A DNA stretch of 19,273 nt, taken from the NCBI GenBank assembly GCA_050122705.1, contig JASFIK010000008.1, forward strand, positions 1 through 19,273. The letters run 5' to 3'. This DNA comes from Candidatus Omnitrophota bacterium (GTDB lineage Bacteria > Omnitrophota > Gorgyraeia > Gygaellales > JAHJCI01). Below the pieces are notes generated by a model, which ran no database searches, was not told the DNA's origin, and worked only from the letters and a program-made list of their open reading frames with translations. Of this stretch, positions 1-10,600 are shown piece by piece (position 1 is the first letter of the stretch; each line of letters opens with the position of its first letter). The position numbers were made by a program, and so were the translations under genes.

Positions 1-595
1 TATCCCTGATGAGACAATCCAGGCAGAAAAGGAAGTCTACACCTTTGGACTATACAATGCTGGCCAACGCTTCTGGCTTAAATATTCTTCTGATGATGCA
101 ATCTCAGAAAGCCTTAAGCAGACAATCCAAAGGGTTGCCCCGGCAGCACAATTAGTAAAATACGAGATTAAGAATTTAGATGAATTGGATCAAGATATAA
201 TCTTGAGTTATTCCTTCACCGGTTCGGAGTATTGGACAAAAGCGGGGAATTTAAGAATATTTCCTCAACTGGCACTGCTTGATAATTCAGTGGTGGCAAA
301 GCAAATCCGGCGCTATCCCCTTGATTTAGGCTTACCCGATACGACAATAACTGAATTTGAGGTGATTTTACCACCTCAGTTTAAATTAAATCACCTGCCC
401 AATGATTTCAAAATGAGTAATCCTTGGCTGGATTTTAGTGTTGAGTATAGTTTACAGGGAGATCGGCTCTATTTTAAGCAGATTCTTCGGACAAAAAAAA
501 GATATGTTAAACTATCCGAATATTTGGAGTTTAAAGAGTTCTTGGAGAATATATTAACCCAGATTAGACAGAGAGTGGTTTTTCAACGTGATTGA
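1..595 (+). CDS. C-terminal part of a larger hypothetical protein (5' end outside window); possibly the DUF3858-type C-terminal domain of transglutaminase-associated proteins
   Basis: The frame of the 185..595 ORF stays open back to nt 2 (IPDETIQAEKEVYTFGLYNAGQRFWLKYSS...), so the Met at 185 is internal and the gene starts left of the window. Stop is TGA 593-595. The family assignment is from memory of the domain architecture only and is weak. Confidence 0.55.
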   Translation, partial: IPDETIQAEKEVYTFGLYNAGQRFWLKYSSDDAISESLKQTIQRVAPAAQLVKYEIKNLDELDQDIILSYSFTGSEYWTKAGNLRIFPQLALLDNSVVAKQIRRYPLDLGLPDTTITEFEVILPPQFKLNHLPNDFKMSNPWLDFSVEYSLQGDRLYFKQILRTKKRYVKLSEYLEFKEFLENILTQIRQRVVFQRD

Positions 596-1721
596 AAAAA
601 AACATTTAATCAAATTAACCCAACAGCTCATTCGCATCCCCTCAGAGAATCCTCCGGGGAATGAATACAAAATTGCTCGTTTTGTAAAATCATTTTTAGA
701 TAATTTGGGGCTTAAGGCTAAAATATACGAGTTTAAAAAAAATCGCAGCAATGTGGTAGCTATTTTACAAGGAAGGGATAAAAAGCATAGTCTGTTGGTG
801 AGTCCACACCTGGATACAGTTCCCGCAGGAAGTAATTGGAAAGGCTTCTTGCCATTTGCCGCAGTTTTGCATAATCGCCGGATTTATGGCCGGGGTGCCT
901 CTGACGATAAGGGAAACCTAGCTGTAATCTTGGAGACAATCAAAAGTCTGGTTTATCAAAAATATCACTTGAATTATAATTTGATCTTCGCTGCTACTGC
1001 TGATGAGGAAACCGGCTCAAGACTGGGGTTAGCCTCTCTGTTGGATAAAGGGATATTTAGACCCCAAGCCACCTTAATTTTAGATGCCGATGAATTTAAA
1101 ATCGTGGTTGTGCAGAAGGGTCTAATTCATCTCAAGGTGAAGATTAAAGGAAAGGCTGCCCATGGAGCTTATCCTTGGCAAGGAGTAAATGCTATTGATC
1201 TGGCATTGAGGTCATTATTAGGCATAAAGTCGCACAGGTTTATTTATAAAAAGAATGCCTATCTTCGCCCGCCCACGGTCAATATTGGCAGGATTTCAGG
1301 CGGAGATAAGGTTAATGTGGTTGCCGATTGGTGTGAGTTCGAGCTCGATATTAGATTTTTGCCTGGAATGTCTCCTACTAAGGTTGTCCGTCAGATGCGC
1401 AATATCATTAAAAGATATACTCAGAAATTTACCATTGAGATTCAAGCAGTCCAAGAAGCTCATCGACAAATTGATTGCCGCCATCCTTTGGTGGATTATT
1501 TAAAAAAGGCAATGCTTGCCTATCAGATAAAACCCCGGATAACCGGTTCGGAGGGGGCAACCGTGATTACCTTTTTACAGAATATGGATATCCCGGCAGT
1601 TGCTACAGGCTTTAGCTGCTCAGGTTGCGCACACACTAGTAATGAATATATCAAAATTGATTATCTTTATAAGGGCGCCAAGGTTCTCGAAGAATTCCTA
1701 AAAAGCTTCAGGCTTAGTTAA
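588..1721 (+). CDS. M20-family metallopeptidase/deacylase (ArgE/DapE type)
   Basis: 377 aa. The GTG start overlaps the upstream stop by 8 nt. M20 metal-ligand motifs are visible: SPHLDTVP (His), GRGASDDKG (bridging Asp) and ADEETG (Glu-Glu), plus the N-terminal LIRIPSENPPG typical of DapE/ArgE. The substrate cannot be assigned from sequence. Confidence 0.85.
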   Translation: MIEKKHLIKLTQQLIRIPSENPPGNEYKIARFVKSFLDNLGLKAKIYEFKKNRSNVVAILQGRDKKHSLLVSPHLDTVPAGSNWKGFLPFAAVLHNRRIYGRGASDDKGNLAVILETIKSLVYQKYHLNYNLIFAATADEETGSRLGLASLLDKGIFRPQATLILDADEFKIVVVQKGLIHLKVKIKGKAAHGAYPWQGVNAIDLALRSLLGIKSHRFIYKKNAYLRPPTVNIGRISGGDKVNVVADWCEFELDIRFLPGMSPTKVVRQMRNIIKRYTQKFTIEIQAVQEAHRQIDCRHPLVDYLKKAMLAYQIKPRITGSEGATVITFLQNMDIPAVATGFSCSGCAHTSNEYIKIDYLYKGAKVLEEFLKSFRLS

Positions 1722-1779
1722 TATATTAGTTAAGCAGGGGTTATTTTTCGTTGGATAATCTTAACAACGGAGGGTCTGT

Positions 1780-2787
1780 ATGCAGAAAGGCATTAAATTT
1801 ATTAAAAAACCGCAACTGGTGAATCCGGTTCTTATTGTTGCTTGGCCAGGCATGGGTGAGGTGGCTTTAAAGAGCGCCAGTTATCTGATAGAAAAATTAA
1901 AATTTGAGATGTTTGCAGCCTTAAATAGCGCTGATTACTTTTACCCCACAGCAAGTTCCATAAACAATGGAATATTAAAGACTAAGGAATTGCCGCATAA
2001 TTATTTTTATTATTGGAAGAATCCCAATACAAAAATCAACTCAAGAATAAAGGCAAATGATTTAATAATCTTCCTCAGCAATAATCAACCCGATTTAGCT
2101 AAAGCTGCTGGTTATGTAGATAGTATTTTGGATATAGCGCGCTTGTATAAGGTCAAATTTATTATCAGCTTTGCGGCGATGCCTTCACCAATTGACCATA
2201 TTCAGAAACCCGCGGTTTGGTATACCGCCACCAATAAGGAGTTATTTAAGCACCTGCAGAGTTACGGCCTTAAACTAATGAACCAAGGAGAGATTAGCGG
2301 AATGAATGGACTATTCTTAGGATTAGCTTACAAAGCAGGCTTCTCTGGCTTTTGTCTTCTCGGAGAAATCCCAATATATACAATTCAAATTGAAAACCCG
2401 AAAGCAGTTTTTGCAATTTTAGAAAGATTGAGAAGGATTCTGCACCTACCTTTGGATTTGGCGGGCTTAAATAAACAGGCCCACCTCATCGAAGGAGAGA
2501 TTAACAAACTTGTCGATTATCTTAAAGAGGGCATTGGACTGCCGACAATGAGTGGCCCCGGGCCGATTAGCGATGCAGAAATGGAGAAGATAAAGAAATC
2601 ATTAACTCAGTTGACCCAACTACCCCAGTCAATAAAAGGGAAGATCGAAAAGCTCTTTGAGTTAGCCAGGAATGATATTAGCAAAGCAAATGAATTAAAG
2701 CAAGAACTCGATAAGTGGAGCGTTTATAAGGAGTATGAAGATAGATTCCTCGATCTTTTTAAGAAGCCAAAGGATAAAGGTAATTAA
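1780..2787 (+). CDS. PAC2-family protein (proteasome-assembly-chaperone-2-like, COG1938/COG2047 'ATP-grasp superfamily' group) with a C-terminal coiled-coil-like extension
   Basis: 335 aa. SD GGAGGG lies just upstream of the ATG. The N-terminal LIVAWPGMGEVALKSASYL and central ISGMNGLFLGLAYKAGFSGFCLLGEIP match the two glycine-rich signatures I associate with PAC2 proteins. The last ~90 aa are Lys/Glu/Leu-rich (KIKKSLTQLTQLPQSIKGKIEKLFELARNDISKANELKQELDKW). Confidence 0.7.
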   Translation: MQKGIKFIKKPQLVNPVLIVAWPGMGEVALKSASYLIEKLKFEMFAALNSADYFYPTASSINNGILKTKELPHNYFYYWKNPNTKINSRIKANDLIIFLSNNQPDLAKAAGYVDSILDIARLYKVKFIISFAAMPSPIDHIQKPAVWYTATNKELFKHLQSYGLKLMNQGEISGMNGLFLGLAYKAGFSGFCLLGEIPIYTIQIENPKAVFAILERLRRILHLPLDLAGLNKQAHLIEGEINKLVDYLKEGIGLPTMSGPGPISDAEMEKIKKSLTQLTQLPQSIKGKIEKLFELARNDISKANELKQELDKWSVYKEYEDRFLDLFKKPKDKGN

Positions 2788-3789
2788 ATGCCCAAAAAAA
2801 TCTTGTTAGCACATGGTAGTGGCGGGCAATTGATGCACGATTTGATCCGAGGGTTAATCTTACCAAAATTGAGTAATCGATTTCTAAATCAATTGACTGA
2901 TAGCGCCGTTTTTGCTTCTCAAGATGAGCGGTTGGCTTTTACCACTGATTCCTTTGTGGTTCACCCCTTATTTTTTCGGGGTGGGGATATTGGAAAACTT
3001 GCGGTTTATGGTACAATCAATGACTTGGTGGTTTCCGGCGCAGCCCCACTCTATCTATCACTAGCCATAATCGTTGAAGAGGGCTTTGATTATTCTTCTT
3101 TGGAGCGCGTGGTTAATTCTATTGCTTCTTCCTCTCAAGAATCACAGGTTAAAATTATAACCGGAGATATAAAAGTAGTTCCCAGAGGGGCCTGCGATAA
3201 ATTATTTATTAATACTACGGGCATTGGTAGAGTTATCCGCGATTTAAGCGTAAAGAAGATTAAAGTCCAAGACAGGGTGATCATCACTGGTAGTATCGCT
3301 GAGCACGGATTAAGTATACTCAGCCAGCGAGAGGAGATAAATTTTGGGAGAAATTTTAAGAGCGACTGTGCTGGCCTTGACCGTTTGCTGATTCCTTTAT
3401 TGCGTAGAAGCAAGGCAATCAGATTCATGCGGGATCCTACCCGGGGAGGTCTAGCCACCACCTTAAATGAAATTACTCAAGCCGCTAATCTAGGCATTGT
3501 TATCGAGGAGGAAAAAATTCCCATTGCTAAACACATAAAGGCAGCCAGCGAATTATTGGGGATTGACCCGCTATATATTGCTAATGAAGGTAAGGCAGTT
3601 TTGGTGGTTAGTCCTGATGCTGCAGGAGATATTTTAAGGTATCTCAATCGCCTTCAGCAGGGAAGATCTGCTCGGATTATTGGACGAGTAACCGCTAAAC
3701 CGCGTGGTATGGTTTTGCTTAAAACCGTACTGGGCACAGAACGCATTTTGGATATGTTGATTTCTGAACCCCTGCCCCGCATATGTTAA
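2788..3789 (+). CDS. hypE: Hydrogenase maturation protein HypE (carbamoyl dehydratase, AIR-synthase/PurM fold)
   Basis: 333 aa. The ATG immediately follows the upstream TAA. Collinear HypE signatures are present: LAHGSGG, AFTTDSFVV.PLFF.GGDIGKLAV.GT.NDL, ITGD.KVV, MRDPTRGGLA, DPLY.ANEGK, and the diagnostic C-terminal PRIC (nt 3775-3786). Confidence 0.9.
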   Translation: MPKKILLAHGSGGQLMHDLIRGLILPKLSNRFLNQLTDSAVFASQDERLAFTTDSFVVHPLFFRGGDIGKLAVYGTINDLVVSGAAPLYLSLAIIVEEGFDYSSLERVVNSIASSSQESQVKIITGDIKVVPRGACDKLFINTTGIGRVIRDLSVKKIKVQDRVIITGSIAEHGLSILSQREEINFGRNFKSDCAGLDRLLIPLLRRSKAIRFMRDPTRGGLATTLNEITQAANLGIVIEEEKIPIAKHIKAASELLGIDPLYIANEGKAVLVVSPDAAGDILRYLNRLQQGRSARIIGRVTAKPRGMVLLKTVLGTERILDMLISEPLPRIC

Positions 3790-3864
3790 ATTTATTTTCC
3801 TATCCAAGTTTTCTTATTGCTTAACTTGAACCTTCCTGTGTATTGCCAGAAAGGGAGTAAAGGC

Positions 3865-4629
3865 TTGAAGCAAAATAGATACCAAAAACGGGTTTATCGC
3901 CATTGGATAAAAAGTGGAGATTTTATTAAAACCCATGTTGTAATTGAGCAAACCGATCTTTTAATTCTTAGTAAAACTTGCCTTGATTTAAAATTTATCA
4001 AACAGCGAATTGGCTGTTTACGTCAGGATATCAAAGATTATATTATTCAAGATAAACGCTTTAAAGACAGCTTGAAGCCAATAGCAATAGAATTAAATGC
4101 TCCACCAATAATCAAAATGATGTCTGAAGCCAGTAAGGCTTGTAATGTGGGTCCCATGGCAGTAGTTGCGGGAAGTATTGCTCAGTTACTTGCCAGGGAT
4201 TTAGAAGACCGCGGGCATACTGAGCTGATTATAGAAAATGGAGGTGATATTTATCTAAGTAAACAAAAAAAGAATCGCTCAATTGCTATTTTTGCAGGAA
4301 AATCAAAATTTTCTGGTAAGCTTAATCTGCTGGTCAAAGCAAGCCAAACCCCTTGTGGAATTTGCGCATCTTCCGCCACCTTTGGACACTCGCTAAGTTT
4401 TGGTAATGCCGATAGTGTGGTAATCTTTGCAAAAAGTGCCGCCCTGGCTGATGCTGTGGCTACGGCAACCTGCAATTTGGTGAAATCAAAAAATGATTTT
4501 AAGACAGGAATTGATTTTGCAAAAAAAATTCCCCAAGTTTTTGGGGCAGTGATAATTTTAGAAGATCACCTAGTCACCTGGGGCAATATCGAAATAAAAA
4601 ATTTCCGCAGAGGTAATAAACGTATATAA
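3865..4629 (+). CDS. UPF0280 / COG2122 family protein (ApbE-superfamily-like)
   Basis: The ORF is open from 3817 (TTG). I prefer TTG 3865 (MKQNRYQKRVYRHW...), which is preceded by AAGGGAG with about 7-nt spacing and gives the short N-terminus seen before the YR.W motif in this family. Family-like blocks: ETDLLI, GPMA.VAG.IA, ENGGDIY, and C.ICASSATFGHSLSFG.AD.V. Confidence 0.7.
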   Translation: MKQNRYQKRVYRHWIKSGDFIKTHVVIEQTDLLILSKTCLDLKFIKQRIGCLRQDIKDYIIQDKRFKDSLKPIAIELNAPPIIKMMSEASKACNVGPMAVVAGSIAQLLARDLEDRGHTELIIENGGDIYLSKQKKNRSIAIFAGKSKFSGKLNLLVKASQTPCGICASSATFGHSLSFGNADSVVIFAKSAALADAVATATCNLVKSKNDFKTGIDFAKKIPQVFGAVIILEDHLVTWGNIEIKNFRRGNKRI

Positions 4630-7600
4630 TAATTTTTTATTTTACTGATTAATTAAACATCCATGGACTGATTTTATCGACGAGATAGATTTCAGTTCTA
4701 ATTTTAAAAATCCATTTCATTAACTAATAATTTTTTTCTGCGGCAGTAAAAGTTTTTTATTTTTTTCCTTGACAATATAATTTTTTGTGATAAAAAATAA
4801 TTAAGATTTATATAAGTATTTTAAAATTTTTTAAGGAGGAATCGAAATCTCAAGAAGCGAGGCGGGCGTTAAAAGTTAATTTTTGCTAAAAGTCGCCTAA
4901 TACCAGAGAAAAAATCTTGAGATAAGGAAAACAAAAATTGAAAAAAGTGTAGAGTTTAAGGGCAAGGGATAGGTAGAGCTATCCCTTTTTTCTTTATGAG
5001 CAAGACTATTGGCTTAACCTTTGATTTAAAGACTGATTATCCAGCAAAAGAAGGTGATTTGCCTGATGCCAATGCTGAATTTGATCACCCCCAGACTATT
5101 GATTTAATTTCGCAGGCAATTGAATCGCTCGGCCATCAGGTAAAAAGAATCGGTAATGTTTTCTCTTTGCTTAAAAATCTTGAGCACCTTGATGTAGACA
5201 TTGTATTTAACATTTCCGAAGGACGAACTGGGCGGAATCGTGAATCTCAGGTTCCGGTTATTCTAGAAATGAAGAATATCCCTTTTGTGGGTTCTGATGG
5301 TTTAACCCTCGCCCTTACATTGGATAAATTGATGGCGAAAAAAGTCTTTCTTGCAGAAGAGATCCCTACCCCTAAATTCCTTGAGGTAAAGCAATCTAAT
5401 TACTTGATTGATACCGACCATTTTAAATTCCCGCTTATGGTTAAACCCCGCTTTGAGGGTTCTTCTATAGGCATTGATGTAAATGCGCGGGTAGGTAACC
5501 TCGAGGAACTAATTAAGCGCGCTGATTATATAATCAATACCTATAAACAACCCGCCTTGGTTGAAGAGTTTATTCAGGGAAAAGAATTTACCGTAGCTAT
5601 TGTAGGGAATGATCCACCCCAAGCGCTTCCTCCCGTACAAGTAAAGATTGAGGGTAAGCTAGATTTGGGAGACAGATTCTATACCTTTGGCCATATTTCA
5701 TCAAATGAATTGGAATATGTTTGTCCCGCACCGATAAGCAAAGAGTTAGAAGATAAAATTAAGCACTTAGCCCTAAGCGTTTATCAAGCAGTGGATTGTC
5801 GTGATTTTGGCCGCGTAGACTTTCGGGTTGATGCGCAAGACAATCCTTATGTTTTGGAGATTAATCCCCTACCCTGTTTAGCCTTTGATGATGTGTTTAT
5901 GTTAATCCCCAAGGTCTTAGAAATAAGCTATCCTGAGATGATTGGAAAAATATTAGAGAGCGCTTTTAAGCGCTACAATCTATAATGGAAGTACAGACGC
6001 AAAAGAATACCGGCCAGTTGACAGAAAAGTCACCAGCTGTATTTACTGCACCCAGAGTTTCCCTAAAAAGAAGGGAACAGTTAGACTACCAACAGATAGG
6101 CCTATTTAAAGACGTAAATCCCTTAGATTGGGAGGATTGGCATTGGCAGGTAAAAAATCGCATTACTACTATTGAACAGCTGAGCCAGATTATAAAACTT
6201 ACACCTGATGAAACAGAGGGGATAAAGAAGGCGCGCGGCAGGATGGGCATGGCGATTACCCCTTATTGGTTAACCCTTATTGATCCGGAAGACCCTGCTT
6301 GCCCAATTCGACGCCAGTCAGTTCCCACTATTTATGAATCACAGATTGGTCCGCATGAGATGATTGATCCTTGTGCTGAAGACCGGGATTCGCCAGCTCC
6401 CCATCTGGTTCACCGCTATCCTGACCGGGTACTTCTTTTGGCAACTGAGCAGTGCGCCATGTATTGCCGCCATTGTACTCGCAGAAGGCTGGTGGGCGAA
6501 AATAAAAAGACAAATACCAATAATAATTGGGAAGCCGCGGTTGCCTACATAAAGTCTAACCGTAAGGTCCGCGATGTATTAATTTCTGGCGGAGATCCAT
6601 TAATGCTTAAGACCAATATTTTAGAGGAATTGATTAAACAGATTCGCAGTATTTCTCATGTGGAGTTTTTAAGAATCGGTACGCGCTTGCCAGTAACTCT
6701 ACCCCAGCGGATAACCGAAGGCTTAATCTTGATGCTTAAAAAATACAGCCCCATCTGGATAAGTATCCATTTTAACCACCCCAAAGAGATTACCAAGCGC
6801 TGTCGAATTGCTTGTGATATGTTATCAGACAATGGCTTCCCCCTGGGAAGTCAGACCGTGTTGCTTAAGGGAATAAATGACCGACCATTTATTATGAAAA
6901 AACTTGTGCATGAGCTTTTAAAGATCCGCGTGCGACCTTATTATATCTATCAGTGCGATCCGGTAAAAGGAACCCAGCATTTCCGCACACCAGTTGCCGC
7001 AGGGATAAATATTATTGAGAAGTTGCGCGGGCATACTACCGGTTACGCGGTTCCCACATATGTAATTGACGGTCCAGGCGGCGGGGGAAAGATTCCGGTT
7101 GAGCCAAACTATCTTCTCTCTCAGGCAAAGGGAAAATATGTATTACGCAATTACCGCGGAAAGATTTATACATATCTGGAATAAAAAGGAGAAAATATGA
7201 GGCTTAAATTAATTGTGGCCATAACCCTCGGTCTGTTTCTTTATGTGCTCACGCCCTTTAGTTATGCTTATAACGATAAACAGTTACTCAGCGAAAGACA
7301 AAGGGTAATTGAAAATACATTATGTCAGCTTGATTTGAATCAGCAATATAGTTATATTTTCCAGGAAGAGGAAGCCCAAGAAGTTCCAAAATCACCATCC
7401 AAACATACGTGGGAATTAGGGGCTGAGGTTTCTCATATTACCTATAAGGAACCGGGAATAATGAAGAACGAGGGTACCATGCGCGGGATAATTTGCGCTT
7501 ATACTTATCAGGGTTGGGCGCCTCCCGCTTCTCGGGAACTTGACAGATGGAGACTGACCCTTGAGGTGAGATATAGTTCTGGAGATGTAGATTACGAAGG

Positions 7601-10600
7601 ATCGCTTCAGGACGGCACACCCTATGAGCAGGATAATATAGATGATTATGTCTGGGAGGTGAGGGGATTGATCGGTTATGACTTTCCCAAATTTAAAGCA
7701 TCCACTATTATACCTTATTTTGGTTTTGGATACAGGTATTTGGTTGACAATTCATCTGAGGATCCAGCTGGTTATAAACGAGAGTCAAATTATATATATA
7801 GTCCGGTAGGCGTAAAGTGGCTAACTGATTTGGGTGCTGGTTGGTCTGTAGGCGCAACAGTAGAATATGATATTTTCTGGTCGGGGAAACAGAAGTCACA
7901 CCTTAGCGATGTTTCCCAGGCTTTTAATGATTTAAAAAATGACCAAAGCAGGGGCTATGGTTGTCGTGCTTCTTTAGAGCTCCAGAAGAAATGCAAGCTA
8001 ATAGACTTTGTAATTGAGCCTTTTATAAGATACTGGAAGATCAGAGAGTCGGATATCGTACCGATTACTTGGCTGGGGGCTCCTACTGGATTTGGAGGCG
8101 TAGAGCCTAAAAATAATACCACAGAATACGGCATCAAGGCTGCGCTAAGATTTTAAGAAATAGAGATACTTTCCAATTTTCCCTTGACGCTAAATATCTT
8201 CCCTAGTATAATACTTTCTAATTAACCTGCCATTTAGAAAATCCTAATTTTAATGTAGGAGTTATTATGGCTATTATTCAGGATAAAAGATCAATTATTC
8301 TTCTTGGTCATGCCCAATCAGGCAAAACCTCACTTGCTGAATGCCTGCTTTTCCGTTGCAATGCGATTACGCGCAAAGGCAGCACAGCTGAAGGTAATAC
8401 GGTAAGTGATTATAGCTGGGATGAGATTGAGAGAAAGAATTCAATCAATGCCAGCTTACTTTTTTGCAATCATCAGAATCTGCGGATTCAAATAGTTGAT
8501 GTGCCTGGTTATGCCGATTTTTTTGGCGAGGTTATTGCCGGGATTCGAGCAGTAGATAATGCAATTCTGGTGGTTGATGCTGCCAGCGGGGTTGAGGTAG
8601 GCACAGAAAAGGCCTGGGCGCTTTTAGAGGAATTAAAGCTGCCACGGATTATTTTTATCAACAAGACTGATAAAGAGGGAGTTGATGTGGATAGGGTAAT
8701 TGCGGATATAAAATCATCGCTCTCTAAAAAGGCCGCTCTCTTAAACTCGCCAAATTCTGAGGAATTGGTTGAATTAGTTGCCGAGACCGATGATCGACTT
8801 CTGGAAAAATACCTCTCCGATGGGAAATTAGATTCTCAAGAGATTACTGCTGGTTTACGCCGGGCAGTAGTTGGAGCAAAACTCTTTCCCATAATTTCTG
8901 GTTCAGCAATTACTGATGCGGGCATTGAGGAGTTATTGAAAGGGATTAGTGATTATTTGGCTTCGCCTGAAGAAAGACGCCCCCTGGAAGTTGAGGGGGA
9001 GATAAAATTCAGTGCTGATGTCCCGTTTTCTGCCTTTGTTTTTAAGAGCATTTTTGATCCTTATGTTGGTCAGTTAAGTTTATTGCGTGTTTTCTCTGGT
9101 AGGCTACCAGCCAGCAGTAGCTTTTATAATGTTACCCAGAAGGCAACCGAACGCTTCACGCAAATTTATTTACTGCAGGGTAAAGAACAAAGGTCAGTTG
9201 AGGAGGCGTTGTGCGGAGATATAGTAGCTATACCAAAATTAAAACAAACTCAGACCCAAGATTCGCTCTCTGAGCAGAAACACCCGGTTACTTTTAAACC
9301 GATAAATTTCCCCGAAACGATGATTTCTGCATCGGTAAAACCTCATTCCCGACAGGATGAGGAAAAGATCTCTCAGGCCCTAGCTAAACTTGTAGCTGAG
9401 GATCCTACCTTTAAGGTTTCGCGCGATCAACAAACCAAGGAGATGATAATCTCTGGGTTAGGAGATCTACATTTGGATATAATGATTAACCGACTGAAAA
9501 AGAGATTTAACGTCCAGGTAGATTTAGGCACACCCAAGGTCGCTTATAAAGAGACGATTACTAAAACTGCCAAGGTTCAAGGTAAATATAAGCGCCAGTC
9601 CGGAGGTCGGGGTCAATATGGTGATGTTTGGATTGAGGTGAATCCTTTAGAACGAGGAAAGGAATTCGAATTTGTTGATAAAATTGTTGGCGGGGCTATA
9701 CCGCGCAATTTTATTCCCTCTGTAGAAAAAGGGGTAAGGCAGGCAATGTCTGAAGGAGCCATCGCTGGATATCCAATAGTTGATGTCCAGGTAATTCTCT
9801 ACGATGGTTCTTTTCATGAGGTTGATTCCTCGGATATTGCTTTTCAGATTGCCGGAGCTATGGCCCTAAGAAAGGCAGCCTTGGCTGCTGGTCCGGTTTT
9901 ACTTGAGCCAATAATGGATGTTGAGGTATTTATTCCCGAAGAGTATCTGGGACAGATCTCTGGTGATTTGAATTCCCGGCGTGGGCGATTAATGGGGATG
10001 GAGATAAAAGGAAAAAATCAAGTTGTCAAGGCGCAAGTTCCCCTTGCTCAAATATTTACCTACGCTAATGACTTACGTTCGATTACCGGAGGTCGGGGTA
10101 GCTACACCATGAAGTTTTCCCACTATGAACAAGTTCCTGCCAAAATAGCTAATGAGATTATCAGCAAACACCAAGCGCAAAAAGAGGAAGCATAGAATTA
10201 ATCCAGCTATAACATTTTTATTTTAAACTAAGGCCCATATACAGAAAGGCTTGCCAATGAAGATCGGTATCTACGGATTTGATAACGCCCCTTCTGGTAA
10301 AGAGAATATCGTTGATGCGCGCTTAGAAACAATAGAACAGATGGCTCATTCTGCAAAAAAATTATATATTCAGGTAGAACTAGTTGTTGATATGCAAAGG
10401 CTCAAGGAGTGTAACGGAATAATTGCCGCAAAAGACAAACAAACCGACCTAATCCTTACTGATTTGGAATTTGTCGAGAAGCGGCTTACTAATGCGCAGG
10501 AAGATAATGAAAGGAATTTATTAAATAGATTTAAACAACAATTAGAGAACGAGCAGTTTTTAGTTAAACTGCAACTATCTGAAGAAGAGAATAAAATTGC